Positions 1 through 8,692 are shown, numbered from the stretch's first letter. The stretch: DNA of 32,000 bases from Coprobacillaceae bacterium (GCA_963675515.1 OY776328.1:1590001-1622000); one strand, 5' to 3'. Program-made: numbers and translations. Notes: generated from the letters alone by a model not told the origin.

Positions 1-1805
1 TTGACTTGAATGCTGTTGTTGTATTTGTGGAAACAGTTCCTTTTGGAACAAGCCGGATTTCAATTGCTTCCATCCGGTAACCATAGCCTTCGCTTCCGGC
101 GCTTTCACCGTTTTTCGCCCAGTCAAGCCAGCCGAAGTGTTGAACGTGCACCCGGTAGATGACATCGTATTGGTTTGCGATATCACCGGTAAGGGCGATC
201 TGGATGGCTTCAAGGCGCAAACCTGAACCGGTTGTTCCGGAGATTTGACCATTGCTCTTCCATGTGGTTTCCCATCCGATAGATTGGATATGGGTTCGAT
301 AAGTAATACCGCTGCTTGCCACGTTGACATCTGCAAGACTGCTCAGATTGATCAGTGACAATGTCAATGCTTCAAGCCGTTTTCCCTCACCGATAGTCCC
401 GGCAACGCCGGAATCATAACGGTATGATTGCCAACCGATAGATTGGACATGGGCCGCATATTGAAGATTTCTTGTGACAAATGAATTTGGCCCGGTCGAG
501 TAAGCGCCTTTTGGTACTATTCTCACTTCGATGGCTTCCATCCGGTAGCCATAGCTTGCGGTTCCGGAACTTTCACCGTTCTTCGCCCAGCTCAGCCAGC
601 CTAAATTTTCTACGTATGCTCTGTAGACGACATCGAAATTAGAAGCCAATTCACCAGTAAGGCGGATCTGGATTGCTTCCATCCGTTTTGCCAGACCGGT
701 TGTTCCGGTAATCTGATCATCGGATACCCAGGCTTGCCAGCCATAAGTTTGGACATGGGAACGATATTCAATAGTTCCACTATAGCTTCCTGGGTCAATA
801 TTTACTTTAAGTGCTTCAATCCGTTTTGCCAGACCGGTTGTTCCAGCCGCGGTTCCTTCGCTTACATAAGGCTGCCATCCAAATGATTGGACATGGGTGC
901 TGTAGCTTAAAGTTGGAACAGTGGTTGTAACTACCGGATCAGGGTCGACAACCGGATCAGGATCGACAACCGGATCGGGATCGACAACCGGATCGGGATC
1001 GACAACCGGATCAGGATCGACAACCGGATCGGGATCGACAACCGGATCAGGATCGACAACCGGATCGGGATCGACAACCGGATCAGGATCGACAACCGGA
1101 TCAGGATCTACCCCAAGAAGTTGGGGAACGGTCACGAATGAGTAGCCTTGTGCTTGCAAGGTTTCGATTATAATAGGCAGGGCGAATTGGGTGTTGACTG
1201 CGCTTCCGCCCGTATGGAGCAAGATAATTCCTCCAGGAGCTATATTGTCGACCACATTGGAAACTATCTCTTCGGTTGAGATGCCGTTATAGTCGTATGA
1301 ATCCACTGTCCAGAGGATTGCCTTTGTAAAACCGGCATCTCCGGCCGCCTGCAATACTTCGGTGTCATAGTCTCCATAAGGTGGCCTGAAATATGGCATC
1401 GAATGTTGCCCGGTTACACTTTGGATAATTGCTTCTGTGTCTTCTAGTTGTTCTGTTATTTCAGCGTCACTTAGCTGCGATAGATACGGATGGGAGTAAG
1501 AATGGTTCCCGATGAAATTTCCTGCAGCGACAATGTCCTGGACTAGATCGGGATTGTCTTCTATGGATGAACCCAGGAAGAAAAACGAGGCATGGGCATT
1601 ATAGGTGTTCAATGTATTCAACATTGCCCGAGCTTCGTCCCCTGCGAAATCGTCAAATGTGATGGCGACAACTTTTTCAGTTGTGGAAATTCCAGTGACG
1701 ATATCGCTTTGAGCCGCATCTACTTGTTGTAAACCTGAACTCATGAGCATGAAAATTGTGACGAAAGACGTTAATATTACCTTAAATATTTTTCTTTTTC
1801 TCATT
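1..1805 (-). CDS. Secreted polysaccharide deacetylase (CE4/NodB domain) - (DPDPVV)n linker - six ChW (clostridial hydrophobic-W) repeats; 3' end runs off the window; 5' end has a 1-nt frame problem
   Basis: Own minus-strand translation; absent from the ORF track. The frame with codon starts at 1801, 1798... is open down to nt 2. It encodes a signal peptide KRKIFKVILTSFVTIFMLMSSGLQQVDA/AQS. CE4 motifs follow: VAITFDDF, GNHSYSHP, FRPPYGDYD, VDSYDY, IILLHTGG. Next come VDPDPVV x ~10 and 6 repeats of the form Y(R/S)xHVQxxGWQxW..G(T/S)xGxxxR(L/M)EAIxI. SD AGAGGTG lies 6 nt before ATG 1805..1803. Confidence 0.8.
2..925 (-). repeat. Coding repeats: six ChW modules arranged as two triplets (higher-order duplication)
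   Basis: The protein repeats HVQSFGWQ / HVQTYGWQ / YVENLGWL, then HVQSIGWQ / HIQSIGWE / HVQHFGWL. The DNA of ~40..260 visibly aligns with ~520..780 (e.g. ccatccggtaRccatagc...ttcaccgtt). Confidence 0.7.
933..1110 (-). repeat. 18-bp perfect-phase tandem repeat, about 10 copies (accggatcRggatcgaca), encoding the (DPDPVV)n linker
   Basis: Direct reading shows units starting at 933, 951, 969 ... 1095. The only variation is a synonymous A/G at one position, plus the first and last units. Confidence 0.95.
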
Positions 1806-2085
1806 ATTATCACCTCTTTAAGATAAGAAATAACGCAATTGATATAAGGGATGCAGACAATATTTTCTGGCATCTCATGATAGATACGCCTGGATTGTAA
1901 CAGGCGATATGCCGGATCGCCCGTTATTGGATGGCGCCGGTTGAGTGATGTTTACCAAGTCCTACCTTGGTGACTTGAGTTGTTTAAAACTCTTTTAGTA
2001 ATGATAATTTGGTTTGTGTGCCATGTATAGATTATTTTACTACGACCCCTTTCGCATGGCAAAATTACACAGCTATCCTTCATGT

Positions 2086-2120
2086 ACATTATACTCCATT
2101 TTCACCCAAAACAAACTAAA
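2086..2120 (-). promoter_or_regulatory. Candidate sigmaA-type promoter for the CE4-ChW gene (perfect -10 TATAAT, weak -35)
   Basis: The minus strand reads ...tttgttttgggtgaaaatggagTATAATgtac. This would give a ~275-nt leader. Coordinates are +/-1-2 nt. Confidence 0.3.
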
Positions 2121-2672
2121 AACGCACTATGTTTCCAAATTTTTAAAATATGAAAAATGATTTTTCCTGTTATACTCATGTTAATTTTTATACATCAGTT
2201 TCGTTCGATGATATTGCCTGGCTGGTTCAGGTGGTGATTGAACATTGTGATCAATCGGATCATTCCCCATAAGGTCTTGCGATAGGATGTCTTTTCCCAT
2301 CTTTGAGTATTGACATATATTGACTTTTTCGATGGAAAGATCCAAGGGGAATCCTGGTATGGGTTCTAATTGGAATGAGACCGTTTTCCATCTGGATTTA
2401 AAGAGTGATGAGGATTCGCAATAAATCGAAATTTAACGATATTTGATGATTCTGATAATATTATGGAAATATTTGGGAATTTGCTAATCGGACAATTGCA
2501 TAAGGTAAGGATTGTATGAATTTTCCCATAAGGGATGACCGCTGGAAATCCAAGGGTGCAAACAGCCAGGATTAATGTATGACCATTTTCAATAATAACG
2601 ATAATTATAATGGGATTGGATCCTGGATTTGAAAATAATGCCGATATAACCCGGATAAATCGACCCATATGG

Positions 2673-2711
2673 CAAAAAAATATCGGCAACGACATTTTGC
2701 CAACGATATTT
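2673..2711 (-). terminator. Orphan intrinsic terminator on the minus strand inside the long non-coding region
   Basis: Minus-strand RNA: AAUAUCG-UU-GGCAA aaugucg UUGCC-GAUAUU followed by U7 (plus-strand A7 at 2674..2680). No >=60-aa minus-strand ORF lies upstream of it. Confidence 0.45.
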
Positions 2712-2828
2712 CAAATATCCTTATTAGCGGGTTAGAGGGACATTTTGTTATTTGAAAAGTGAAGGCGATGTGTGGAATAACCAAACTTCATGAATGGATT
2801 TTGATCGGTCATCCATTGGCAAAACACC

Positions 2829-2918
2829 AAATGGTATTGACTTTAAAAAGATTAAATGGTACCATTTTTTTGTAATTTAAGTGACATATGAGTTTAGCGA
2901 AAAACAAAATTACCATTT
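2829..2918. promoter_or_regulatory. Cluster of AAATGGTA/TACCATTT half-sites, including a perfect 14-bp palindrome AAATGGTACCATTT (2854..2867). It overlaps a candidate glycan-locus promoter TTGACT(2837..2842)-N17-TGgTACCAT(2857..2865).
   Basis: Half-sites read directly at 2829..2836 (+), 2854..2861 (+), 2860..2867 (-) and 2911..2918 (-). The promoter has a 17-nt spacer and an extended -10 TG. Confidence 0.3.
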
Positions 2919-3030
2919 GGAATTGTTTGTTTGAAATAACGCTGGGTTTGTTGGTCATTTCTTCATCGTTGTCTGGGGGGATGGGATGGAGAAATTGGAA
3001 TTATCTGTGAAAATATTACATTGATAGCGG

Positions 3031-3058
3031 CAACATGGTATGGACACCATGCTGTTTT
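3031..3058 (+). terminator. Terminator-like attenuator hairpin in the putative glycan-locus leader
   Basis: caacatggt-atggac-accatgctg forms a 9-bp stem with 1 mismatch, followed by TTTT. It lies ~165 nt upstream of the PGT start. Confidence 0.3.
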
Positions 3059-3223
3059 GAGGGAAGAGACATGAGAGAAATAGGGATAAATTGATACCGC
3101 TTATTTGGATACTTTGGAAATTTGGCTAAATTGCTAGGGCTTTTTGCCGGATTCTTACAGTATCCTTTTTTAAACGAGCTGTTGACGTGGCCCTTTCACA
3201 TTATGCAAGAAAGAGGGGTATGT

Positions 3224-4672
3224 ATGTATCACCGATGCGCCAAGGGCTGGTTGAAACATTTGGATTTTATGATTGTGGACATATTGTGTCTGCATTTGTC
3301 ATTTTTGCTGGCCTACTCCATTCGTTTCGTTACTGGCAACCCATATCTTGACTACATTTATCGCAATCTTATTATCGTCATCACGCTGATTGCGTTTGTA
3401 TCCCTGATCTTTTTCAACGGTTTCAAGAATGTGCTCAAGCGGGGCTATTATCGGGAATTTATAGCTTCAGTCGAACATGTGACCATCGTCATTGTGTTTA
3501 CGACACTTTATCTTTTTGCCATCCAGGACGGGCTGACATATTCCCGTTTCATGGTCGGCTTGATGGCGGTGCTCTATGTCATCTCCACTTACACTTTCAG
3601 GGTGATCTGGAAGTTGCTTGTCAAAGGCAGTGGAGTCAGCAAGAAAAAAAGATCCCTGCTTATAGTGACAACCGAATCGCTGGCCAAGTCGGCCATCGCC
3701 AATGTCGCAAAGGCCTACAACAAGAAATATCATTGCCTGGGGCTGGTGATAGTCGACAAGGATATGGTTGGTGAGCAGATTGCCGGGGTGAAAGTCGTTG
3801 CCAACAAGTCCAATGCATCCGAGTATGTCTGCCGCAAATGGGTTGATGAAACTCTTATCTCCCTGCCTGGAAATGTCGCCCTGCCCCAAAAGTTGATCAA
3901 CGATCTGGTGATCATGGGGGTCACCGTCCATCTCGAGCTGGCACAAAGGGCCCAGATCGACGGAACCAGGCAGTTTGTTGAAAAAATCGGCAACTATACA
4001 GTGCTCACCACGAGCATGAGTTCGGCCAAGGTGACCGATCTCGCTTTTAAAAGGGTGGTGGACATTCTCGCCGGTCTGACCGGCTGTGCAATCACCGCAT
4101 TCCTGTATCTTGTATTAGGGCCGCTGATCTACATCCAGTCGCCCGGGAAGGTGTTCTTCGCCCAGGAGCGGGTGGGCAGAAACGGCAAGAAGTTCAAGAT
4201 CTACAAGTTCCGCTCGATGTACCTCGATGCCGAAGCGAGAAAACTAGAACTCATGGCCCAGAACCGGGTCAAGGACGGAATGATGTTCAAGCTTGATTTC
4301 GATCCTAGGATAATCGGTGCCAGACAGGTCGACGGCAAAACAAAAAAGGGCCTTGGCAACTATATCCGGGATTTGAGCCTGGATGAGTTTCCACAGTTCT
4401 TCAACATCCTAAAAGGCGAGATGAGCCTGATAGGAACCCGGCCGCCGACTGTCGACGAGTGGGAGAAATATGATCTCCATCACCGGGCCCGTCTGGCCAC
4501 CAAGCCGGGGCTTACTGGAATGTGGCAAGTGAGCGGACGGTCAAACATCACCGACTTCGAGGAAGTGGTGAAACTTGACAAGCAGTACATAACCAACTGG
4601 TCCATCGGGCTGGATATCAAGATACTGCTAAAGACGATTTTGGTTGTCTTGAAAAGGGACGGATCGATGTGA
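3224..4672 (+). CDS. Priming polyprenyl-phosphate hexose-1-phosphate transferase (large WbaP/CpsE/EpsB-type PGT, bacterial sugar transferase family)
   Basis: ORF 3122..4672. The internal ATG 3224 is preceded by AAGAGGGG (3211..3218). The N-terminus has TM segments. The C-terminal signature is VFFAQERVGRNGKKFKIYKFRSM ... DEFPQFFNILKGEMSLIGTRPP ... KPGLTGMWQVSGR. Confidence 0.9.
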   Translation: MYHRCAKGWLKHLDFMIVDILCLHLSFLLAYSIRFVTGNPYLDYIYRNLIIVITLIAFVSLIFFNGFKNVLKRGYYREFIASVEHVTIVIVFTTLYLFAIQDGLTYSRFMVGLMAVLYVISTYTFRVIWKLLVKGSGVSKKKRSLLIVTTESLAKSAIANVAKAYNKKYHCLGLVIVDKDMVGEQIAGVKVVANKSNASEYVCRKWVDETLISLPGNVALPQKLINDLVIMGVTVHLELAQRAQIDGTRQFVEKIGNYTVLTTSMSSAKVTDLAFKRVVDILAGLTGCAITAFLYLVLGPLIYIQSPGKVFFAQERVGRNGKKFKIYKFRSMYLDAEARKLELMAQNRVKDGMMFKLDFDPRIIGARQVDGKTKKGLGNYIRDLSLDEFPQFFNILKGEMSLIGTRPPTVDEWEKYDLHHRARLATKPGLTGMWQVSGRSNITDFEEVVKLDKQYITNWSIGLDIKILLKTILVVLKRDGSM

Positions 4673-4763
4673 CCTTGTCCTTGCCTGATAAACCGGCCGG
4701 ATCATTGGCGGCTTGAAGGTTAAACCAATAAAAAATTTGACGACTGAGATATCAATGCATTGC

Positions 4764-4800
4764 ACAGCGGTTGGATAATGACATGCCGCTGTTTGTTTTG
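4764..4800 (+). terminator. Terminator-like hairpin between the PGT gene and the next gene
   Basis: acagcgg (4764..4770) pairs with ccgctgt (4786..4792), followed by the T-rich tail ttgttttgtt. Confidence 0.35.
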
Positions 4801-4844
4801 TTCAAATAAGTAAAATAAATCTAGAGAATCGAAGGGGAAGAGAT

Positions 4845-5294
4845 ATGAAAGTTTGTTTGGTAGGTTCATCGGGAGGCCATCTGATGCATTTGCAGATGCT
4901 TAAGCCATTCTGGGAGGAAGAAGACCGTTTCTGGGTCACTTTCGACAAGGCGGACGCCCGCAGCCTTTTAAAAGACGAGAAAATGTACAAGTGTCATTAC
5001 CCGACCAATCGCAGCTTGAAGGCTTTGGTCATCAACACGATAATTGCATACAAGGTGCTCAAAAAGGAAAAACCGGATTTGATCATTTCTTCAGGGGCGG
5101 CAGTTGCGGTACCGTTCTTTTATCTAGGCAAACTCTTCAAGGCGAAGCTGGTCTATATCGAGATATTCGATCGGATCAACAAGCCGACGATGACGGGCAA
5201 GATGGTCTATCCGATCACCGACCGGTTCATTGTCGAGTGGGAAGAGATGTTGAAAGTCTATCCTAAGGCAATCAATCTGGGAAGCATATTCTAA
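4845..5294 (+). CDS. Alg14-like / PssD / Cps14F-family glycosyltransferase membrane-anchor subunit
   Basis: MKVCLVGSSGGHLMHL... carries the family GGH motif. Size is 149 aa. SD is GAAGGGGAAG. The gene sits directly upstream of its Alg13-like partner. Confidence 0.9.
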   Translation: MKVCLVGSSGGHLMHLQMLKPFWEEEDRFWVTFDKADARSLLKDEKMYKCHYPTNRSLKALVINTIIAYKVLKKEKPDLIISSGAAVAVPFFYLGKLFKAKLVYIEIFDRINKPTMTGKMVYPITDRFIVEWEEMLKVYPKAINLGSIF

Positions 5295-5314
5295 GAAGTG
5301 GATGAGGTATATAT

Positions 5315-5821
5315 ATGATTTTTGTTACGGTTGGAACACATGAACAGCAGTTCGACAGGCTGGTCAAGTGCATCGATGAGTTAAAAAGAGACAATCACAT
5401 AAAGGAAGATGTTGTGATCCAGACGGGTTATTGCACATACGAACCAAAATATTGCAGCTGGGCGAAACTGTTTCCTTATGAGGAAATGGTGGAAAAAGTG
5501 GATGCCGCCAGGATCGTCATCACCCATGGGGGACCGTCAAGTTTCGTCATGCCCCTGCGAATCAAAAAAATTCCCATTGTCGTGCCACGCCAAAAGAGGT
5601 ATCATGAACATGTCAATGACCATCAGCTTGAATTCTGCAACGAGCTGGAAAACCGGCGCCACAACATAATTGTCGTCAGCGAGATCGATTCGCTTGGCGA
5701 AATCATTGCCGACTATGACCAGATCATCAACAGGATGGAAGCCACCCAGGCGGACAATTCCGACAACTTCAATGACCGGTTCAAGCAGATTGTCAAGGAG
5801 ATGTTCGCTGGCAGGTCCTGA
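5315..5821 (+). CDS. Alg13-like / PssE / Cps14G-family glycosyltransferase catalytic subunit (GT28 C-terminal domain)
   Basis: MIFVTVGTHEQQFDRL ... ITHGGPSSF ... HQLEF. There is a 20-nt gap after the Alg14-like gene. Confidence 0.9.
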   Translation: MIFVTVGTHEQQFDRLVKCIDELKRDNHIKEDVVIQTGYCTYEPKYCSWAKLFPYEEMVEKVDAARIVITHGGPSSFVMPLRIKKIPIVVPRQKRYHEHVNDHQLEFCNELENRRHNIIVVSEIDSLGEIIADYDQIINRMEATQADNSDNFNDRFKQIVKEMFAGRS

Positions 5822-6005
5822 ACAATAAAAAGGACATAAACATACCAAACAACCGGTGTTCACCAGGTTTACAATCAGGTAATTGTTGCTTGATTTTTGA
5901 GAAAACCATTTTTCTAAAATGAAGCAACAATCGTTTGGGAATTTTTTTGAAAAATACAAATATTCGGACAAGCAGCACTTGACACGCAAAAGAAAGGGGG
6001 GATTG

Positions 6006-6947
6006 ATGACAATGGAAAATGATGTTTCGGTAATACTTCTTACTTACAATTCCGACTATGATAAGACAATCGCAACGCTTAGTTCCATCATCCACCAGGA
6101 AAATGTCAGGCTTGAACTGATCGTCGCAGATGACGGTTCCGCCGAATCGAACAAGGATCGCATCGAAGCCTATGTAAAGAAAAGACAGTTCGCCAATTTT
6201 CATTTTGTCGCCAACCCCGTGAATCAGGGGACGGTTAAAAACTGCCTTTCGGGTCTTGAAGTCGCCTCAGGAAAATATGTCTATCTGATCTCGCCGGGTG
6301 ATTACCTTTTCGACAAGTTCACCCTTGGCGAGTTTTGCGGATATGCCTTGTCCCATGACGCGGACATCTGTTTTGGTAACACCCAGTGTTACATGGAGCA
6401 AGGCGATTCTTTCGAACTGGTCAATGACAGGCTGCCACGTTTCCCTAAGATATACAACTGGAAATTTTCAAACTACCTGATCTCGCGGATCGGGATCGTC
6501 TACGGTGAGCGGATTTTCGGTCCGGCTTATCTGCGTAAAAGGACGGTCATAACCGAATATCTTGAAAGAATCAGGGGCAAAATAATATATATGGAAGATA
6601 CGCCCACAACCATGCTGTATCTTCTTGATGGCAACAACCTGAAATACTTCGACCGTTATGTAGTCTGGTATGAACATGGTACCGGAATCACCACCGGCAA
6701 CAATGGGGTAATGAATCCCCGCATTGGAAAGGACAACAAGTCATTCGAGTTGATGCTCAAGGAACATTACGGTCACGATCCGATTGTTCATTCGAAATAC
6801 TTATGCAACAAAAAGACAATGGCGTTCAGGCATCCCTTCATCTTCTTTACGGTCGCCTGTCTCAAGGTCTTTGCTGTGCTTTTGAAAAAGCCGCCTGACT
6901 TTGACAAGGATAAACTTGAAGATTACCAGGCTGTTTTGAAAGTCTGA
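6006..6947 (+). CDS. Family 2 (GT-A) glycosyltransferase
   Basis: ORF 5919..6947. ATG 6006 is preceded by AAAGGGGGG. The N-terminus is VSVILLTYNSDYDKT...LELIVADDGS. Confidence 0.85.
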   Translation: MTMENDVSVILLTYNSDYDKTIATLSSIIHQENVRLELIVADDGSAESNKDRIEAYVKKRQFANFHFVANPVNQGTVKNCLSGLEVASGKYVYLISPGDYLFDKFTLGEFCGYALSHDADICFGNTQCYMEQGDSFELVNDRLPRFPKIYNWKFSNYLISRIGIVYGERIFGPAYLRKRTVITEYLERIRGKIIYMEDTPTTMLYLLDGNNLKYFDRYVVWYEHGTGITTGNNGVMNPRIGKDNKSFELMLKEHYGHDPIVHSKYLCNKKTMAFRHPFIFFTVACLKVFAVLLKKPPDFDKDKLEDYQAVLKV

Positions 6948-7068
6948 AACAGTATCTTTTTAAGAAGTTTTGGTGTATTATTTACAGTTGAAACAGCGTT
7001 TTACAAAAGAGAGTTCATCTTGAATAAAGTGTTTAAGAATATTGATAATTCACAGGGGGAAAGCAAAA

Positions 7069-7473
7069 GTGCAAGTAATAAAATACGTATTCCAGCCTCA
7101 TGGCGATGAAAGGGGCCAGCTGGTGGCATTGGAGGAATTCAAGGATATCCCATTTGAAATCAAACGGGTATATTACATGTATGACACCAGCAGCGGGGTG
7201 ACCCGTGGCTATCATGCGCATAAGAAACTAGAGCAGATTCTTATCTGCATCCATGGCAGCTGCAAGATACGCCTGGACAACGGGACGGAAAAGAAGGTTG
7301 TTCCGCTCGAAAAACCGTACGAAGGTCTATATGTCGCCAACAACATGTGGCGGGAGATGTTCGATTTCTCGAGCGATGCCGTGTTGATGGTGCTGGCGTC
7401 ACAGCTCTACGATGAGAGTGACTACATAAGAAACTACGACGATTTTTTAATGATTGCGAACAATCAGGATTAG
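7069..7473 (+). CDS. dTDP-4-keto-6-deoxyhexose 3,4-ketoisomerase, FdtA/QdtA (WxcM-like cupin) family
   Basis: ORF 7042..7473. GTG 7069 follows AGGGGGA (7054..7060). Motifs are HGDERGQLVALEE..IPFEIKRVYYMYD..TRGYHAHKKLEQILICIHGSC, including the paired His. Confidence 0.8.
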   Translation: MQVIKYVFQPHGDERGQLVALEEFKDIPFEIKRVYYMYDTSSGVTRGYHAHKKLEQILICIHGSCKIRLDNGTEKKVVPLEKPYEGLYVANNMWREMFDFSSDAVLMVLASQLYDESDYIRNYDDFLMIANNQD

Positions 7474-7499
7474 CAAGATAAATTGGGGGATAAATAATT

Positions 7500-8603
7500 A
7501 TGATGAGTGTGCCATTTGTGTCATTCCTTCCATTGGAAAAGGAACTTGACCAGGAAATAAGAGGGGCTTTCGAACGGGTGTTCGATAGAAGCTGGTATAT
7601 CGAAGGGCAGGAGGTCGAAGCTTTCGAAAAGGCTTTCGCCAATTACTGCAACACCAAATACTGCGTCGGGACAGGCAACGGCCTCGATGCCTTGATGCTC
7701 GCCTTGAAGGCGCTGGATATCGGTGAAGGTGACGAGGTAATCGTACCTTCGAACACCTATATCGCAACCGCACTGGCGGTGACCTATGTCGGGGCGACTC
7801 CGGTTTTTGTCGAACCGGATATCCGAACTTTCAACATCGATCCAAACAGGATTGAAGAAAAGATCACATCAAGAACCAGGGCGATCATGCCTGTCCACTT
7901 GTATGGTCAGGCATGCGACATGGATCCAATCATGGCAATCGCCAAGAAACATGGTCTAAAAGTTGTCGAGGACTGCGCCCAGGCCCATGGTGCCACCTAC
8001 AAGGGTAAGGTTGTCGGGAGTTTCTCAGATGCGGCGGGATTTAGCTTCTATCCGGGCAAGAACCTGGGAGCTTTGGGTGATGCGGGAGCCACTGTAACCA
8101 ACGATAAGGCGCTAAGCGATAAAGTCAGGGCCCTGGGCAACTACGGTTCGGACTACAAGTATCACCACATCTACAAAGGTCACAATTCCCGACTTGATGA
8201 GATGCAGGCGGCCTTCCTGGCTGCCAAGCTGCCTCACCTTGAGCGGATGAACGAGAACCGGCGCTTTGTAGCTTCAAGGTATCTTAGCGAAATTACCAAC
8301 GAACTGGTAACTTTGCCTTATGTGATGGATGATGTCGAACCGGTATGGCATGTATTTGCAATCCGCACCGACCACCGCGACGAGCTCGCAAAATACCTGC
8401 AGGACAACGGAATTTCCACCAACAAGCATTACCCGATTCCGATGCATATGCAGGAATGTTACAAGGATCTAAACATCGCTAAAGGCAGCCTGCCGATCGC
8501 CGAGACCATCAGTGCGACCCAGCTGTCAATCCCGATGTATTATGGAATGAGTGAACAGCAGATAAGCTACGTTATCGAAAAGATCAACGCCTTTTCTCTT
8601 TAG
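7500..8603 (+). CDS. DegT/DnrJ/EryC1/StrS-family PLP-dependent sugar aminotransferase (FdtB/QdtB-like, dTDP-3-keto-6-deoxyhexose 3-aminotransferase)
   Basis: [43 protein letters not shown], and [16 protein letters not shown] (PLP lysine context). The gene lies 26 nt after the isomerase gene. Confidence 0.85.
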   Translation: MMSVPFVSFLPLEKELDQEIRGAFERVFDRSWYIEGQEVEAFEKAFANYCNTKYCVGTGNGLDALMLALKALDIGEGDEVIVPSNTYIATALAVTYVGATPVFVEPDIRTFNIDPNRIEEKITSRTRAIMPVHLYGQACDMDPIMAIAKKHGLKVVEDCAQAHGATYKGKVVGSFSDAAGFSFYPGKNLGALGDAGATVTNDKALSDKVRALGNYGSDYKYHHIYKGHNSRLDEMQAAFLAAKLPHLERMNENRRFVASRYLSEITNELVTLPYVMDDVEPVWHVFAIRTDHRDELAKYLQDNGISTNKHYPIPMHMQECYKDLNIAKGSLPIAETISATQLSIPMYYGMSEQQISYVIEKINAFSL

Positions 8604-8692
8604 GTTGTTTTTGAAGCGACGGTTAACCCGGACCGGGAATCGATTCGCACTGCTCTAAGCAGATTTCTAATTGTGAAAGTTGAATTTTATTT

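Noticed and set aside
610-798. Minus-strand 62-aa ORF
   Set aside because: It is an out-of-frame shadow inside the ChW-repeat coding region. The true frame (codon starts congruent to 1 mod 3) gives clean ChW repeats.
921-1145. Plus-strand ORF encoding a (TTGSGS)n repeat protein
   Set aside because: It is the antisense reading of the 18-bp (DPDPVV)n repeat inside the CE4-ChW gene. It has no SD, and it exists only because the repeat lacks stops in that frame.
1806-2085. Possible riboswitch (e.g. c-di-GMP class) in the ~275-nt leader of the CE4-ChW gene
   Set aside because: Several hairpins are visible (CCAAG/CTTGG, GGCGAT/ATCGCC, GCCATG/CATGGC). I cannot match any riboswitch consensus core by eye, and there is no clear terminator/antiterminator pair. 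An Rfam scan is needed.
2366-2695. 109-aa minus-strand ORF in the long non-coding region
   Set aside because: It has no SD, and its ATG lies inside the loop of the orphan terminator hairpin. The product is low-complexity and Ile-rich, with no recognisable motif, in AT-rich DNA.
3467-3993. Antisense ORFs 3467..3946 and 3730..3993 inside the PGT gene
   Set aside because: They lie opposite a strongly supported gene, have no SD and no motifs. They are typical shadow ORFs.
5882-5931. 10-bp inverted repeat ATTGTTGCTT / AAGCAACAAT upstream of the first GT2 gene, considered as a terminator
   Set aside because: It has a 30-nt loop and no downstream T-run, so it is at most an RNA structural element. 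Evidence is too weak to call a feature.
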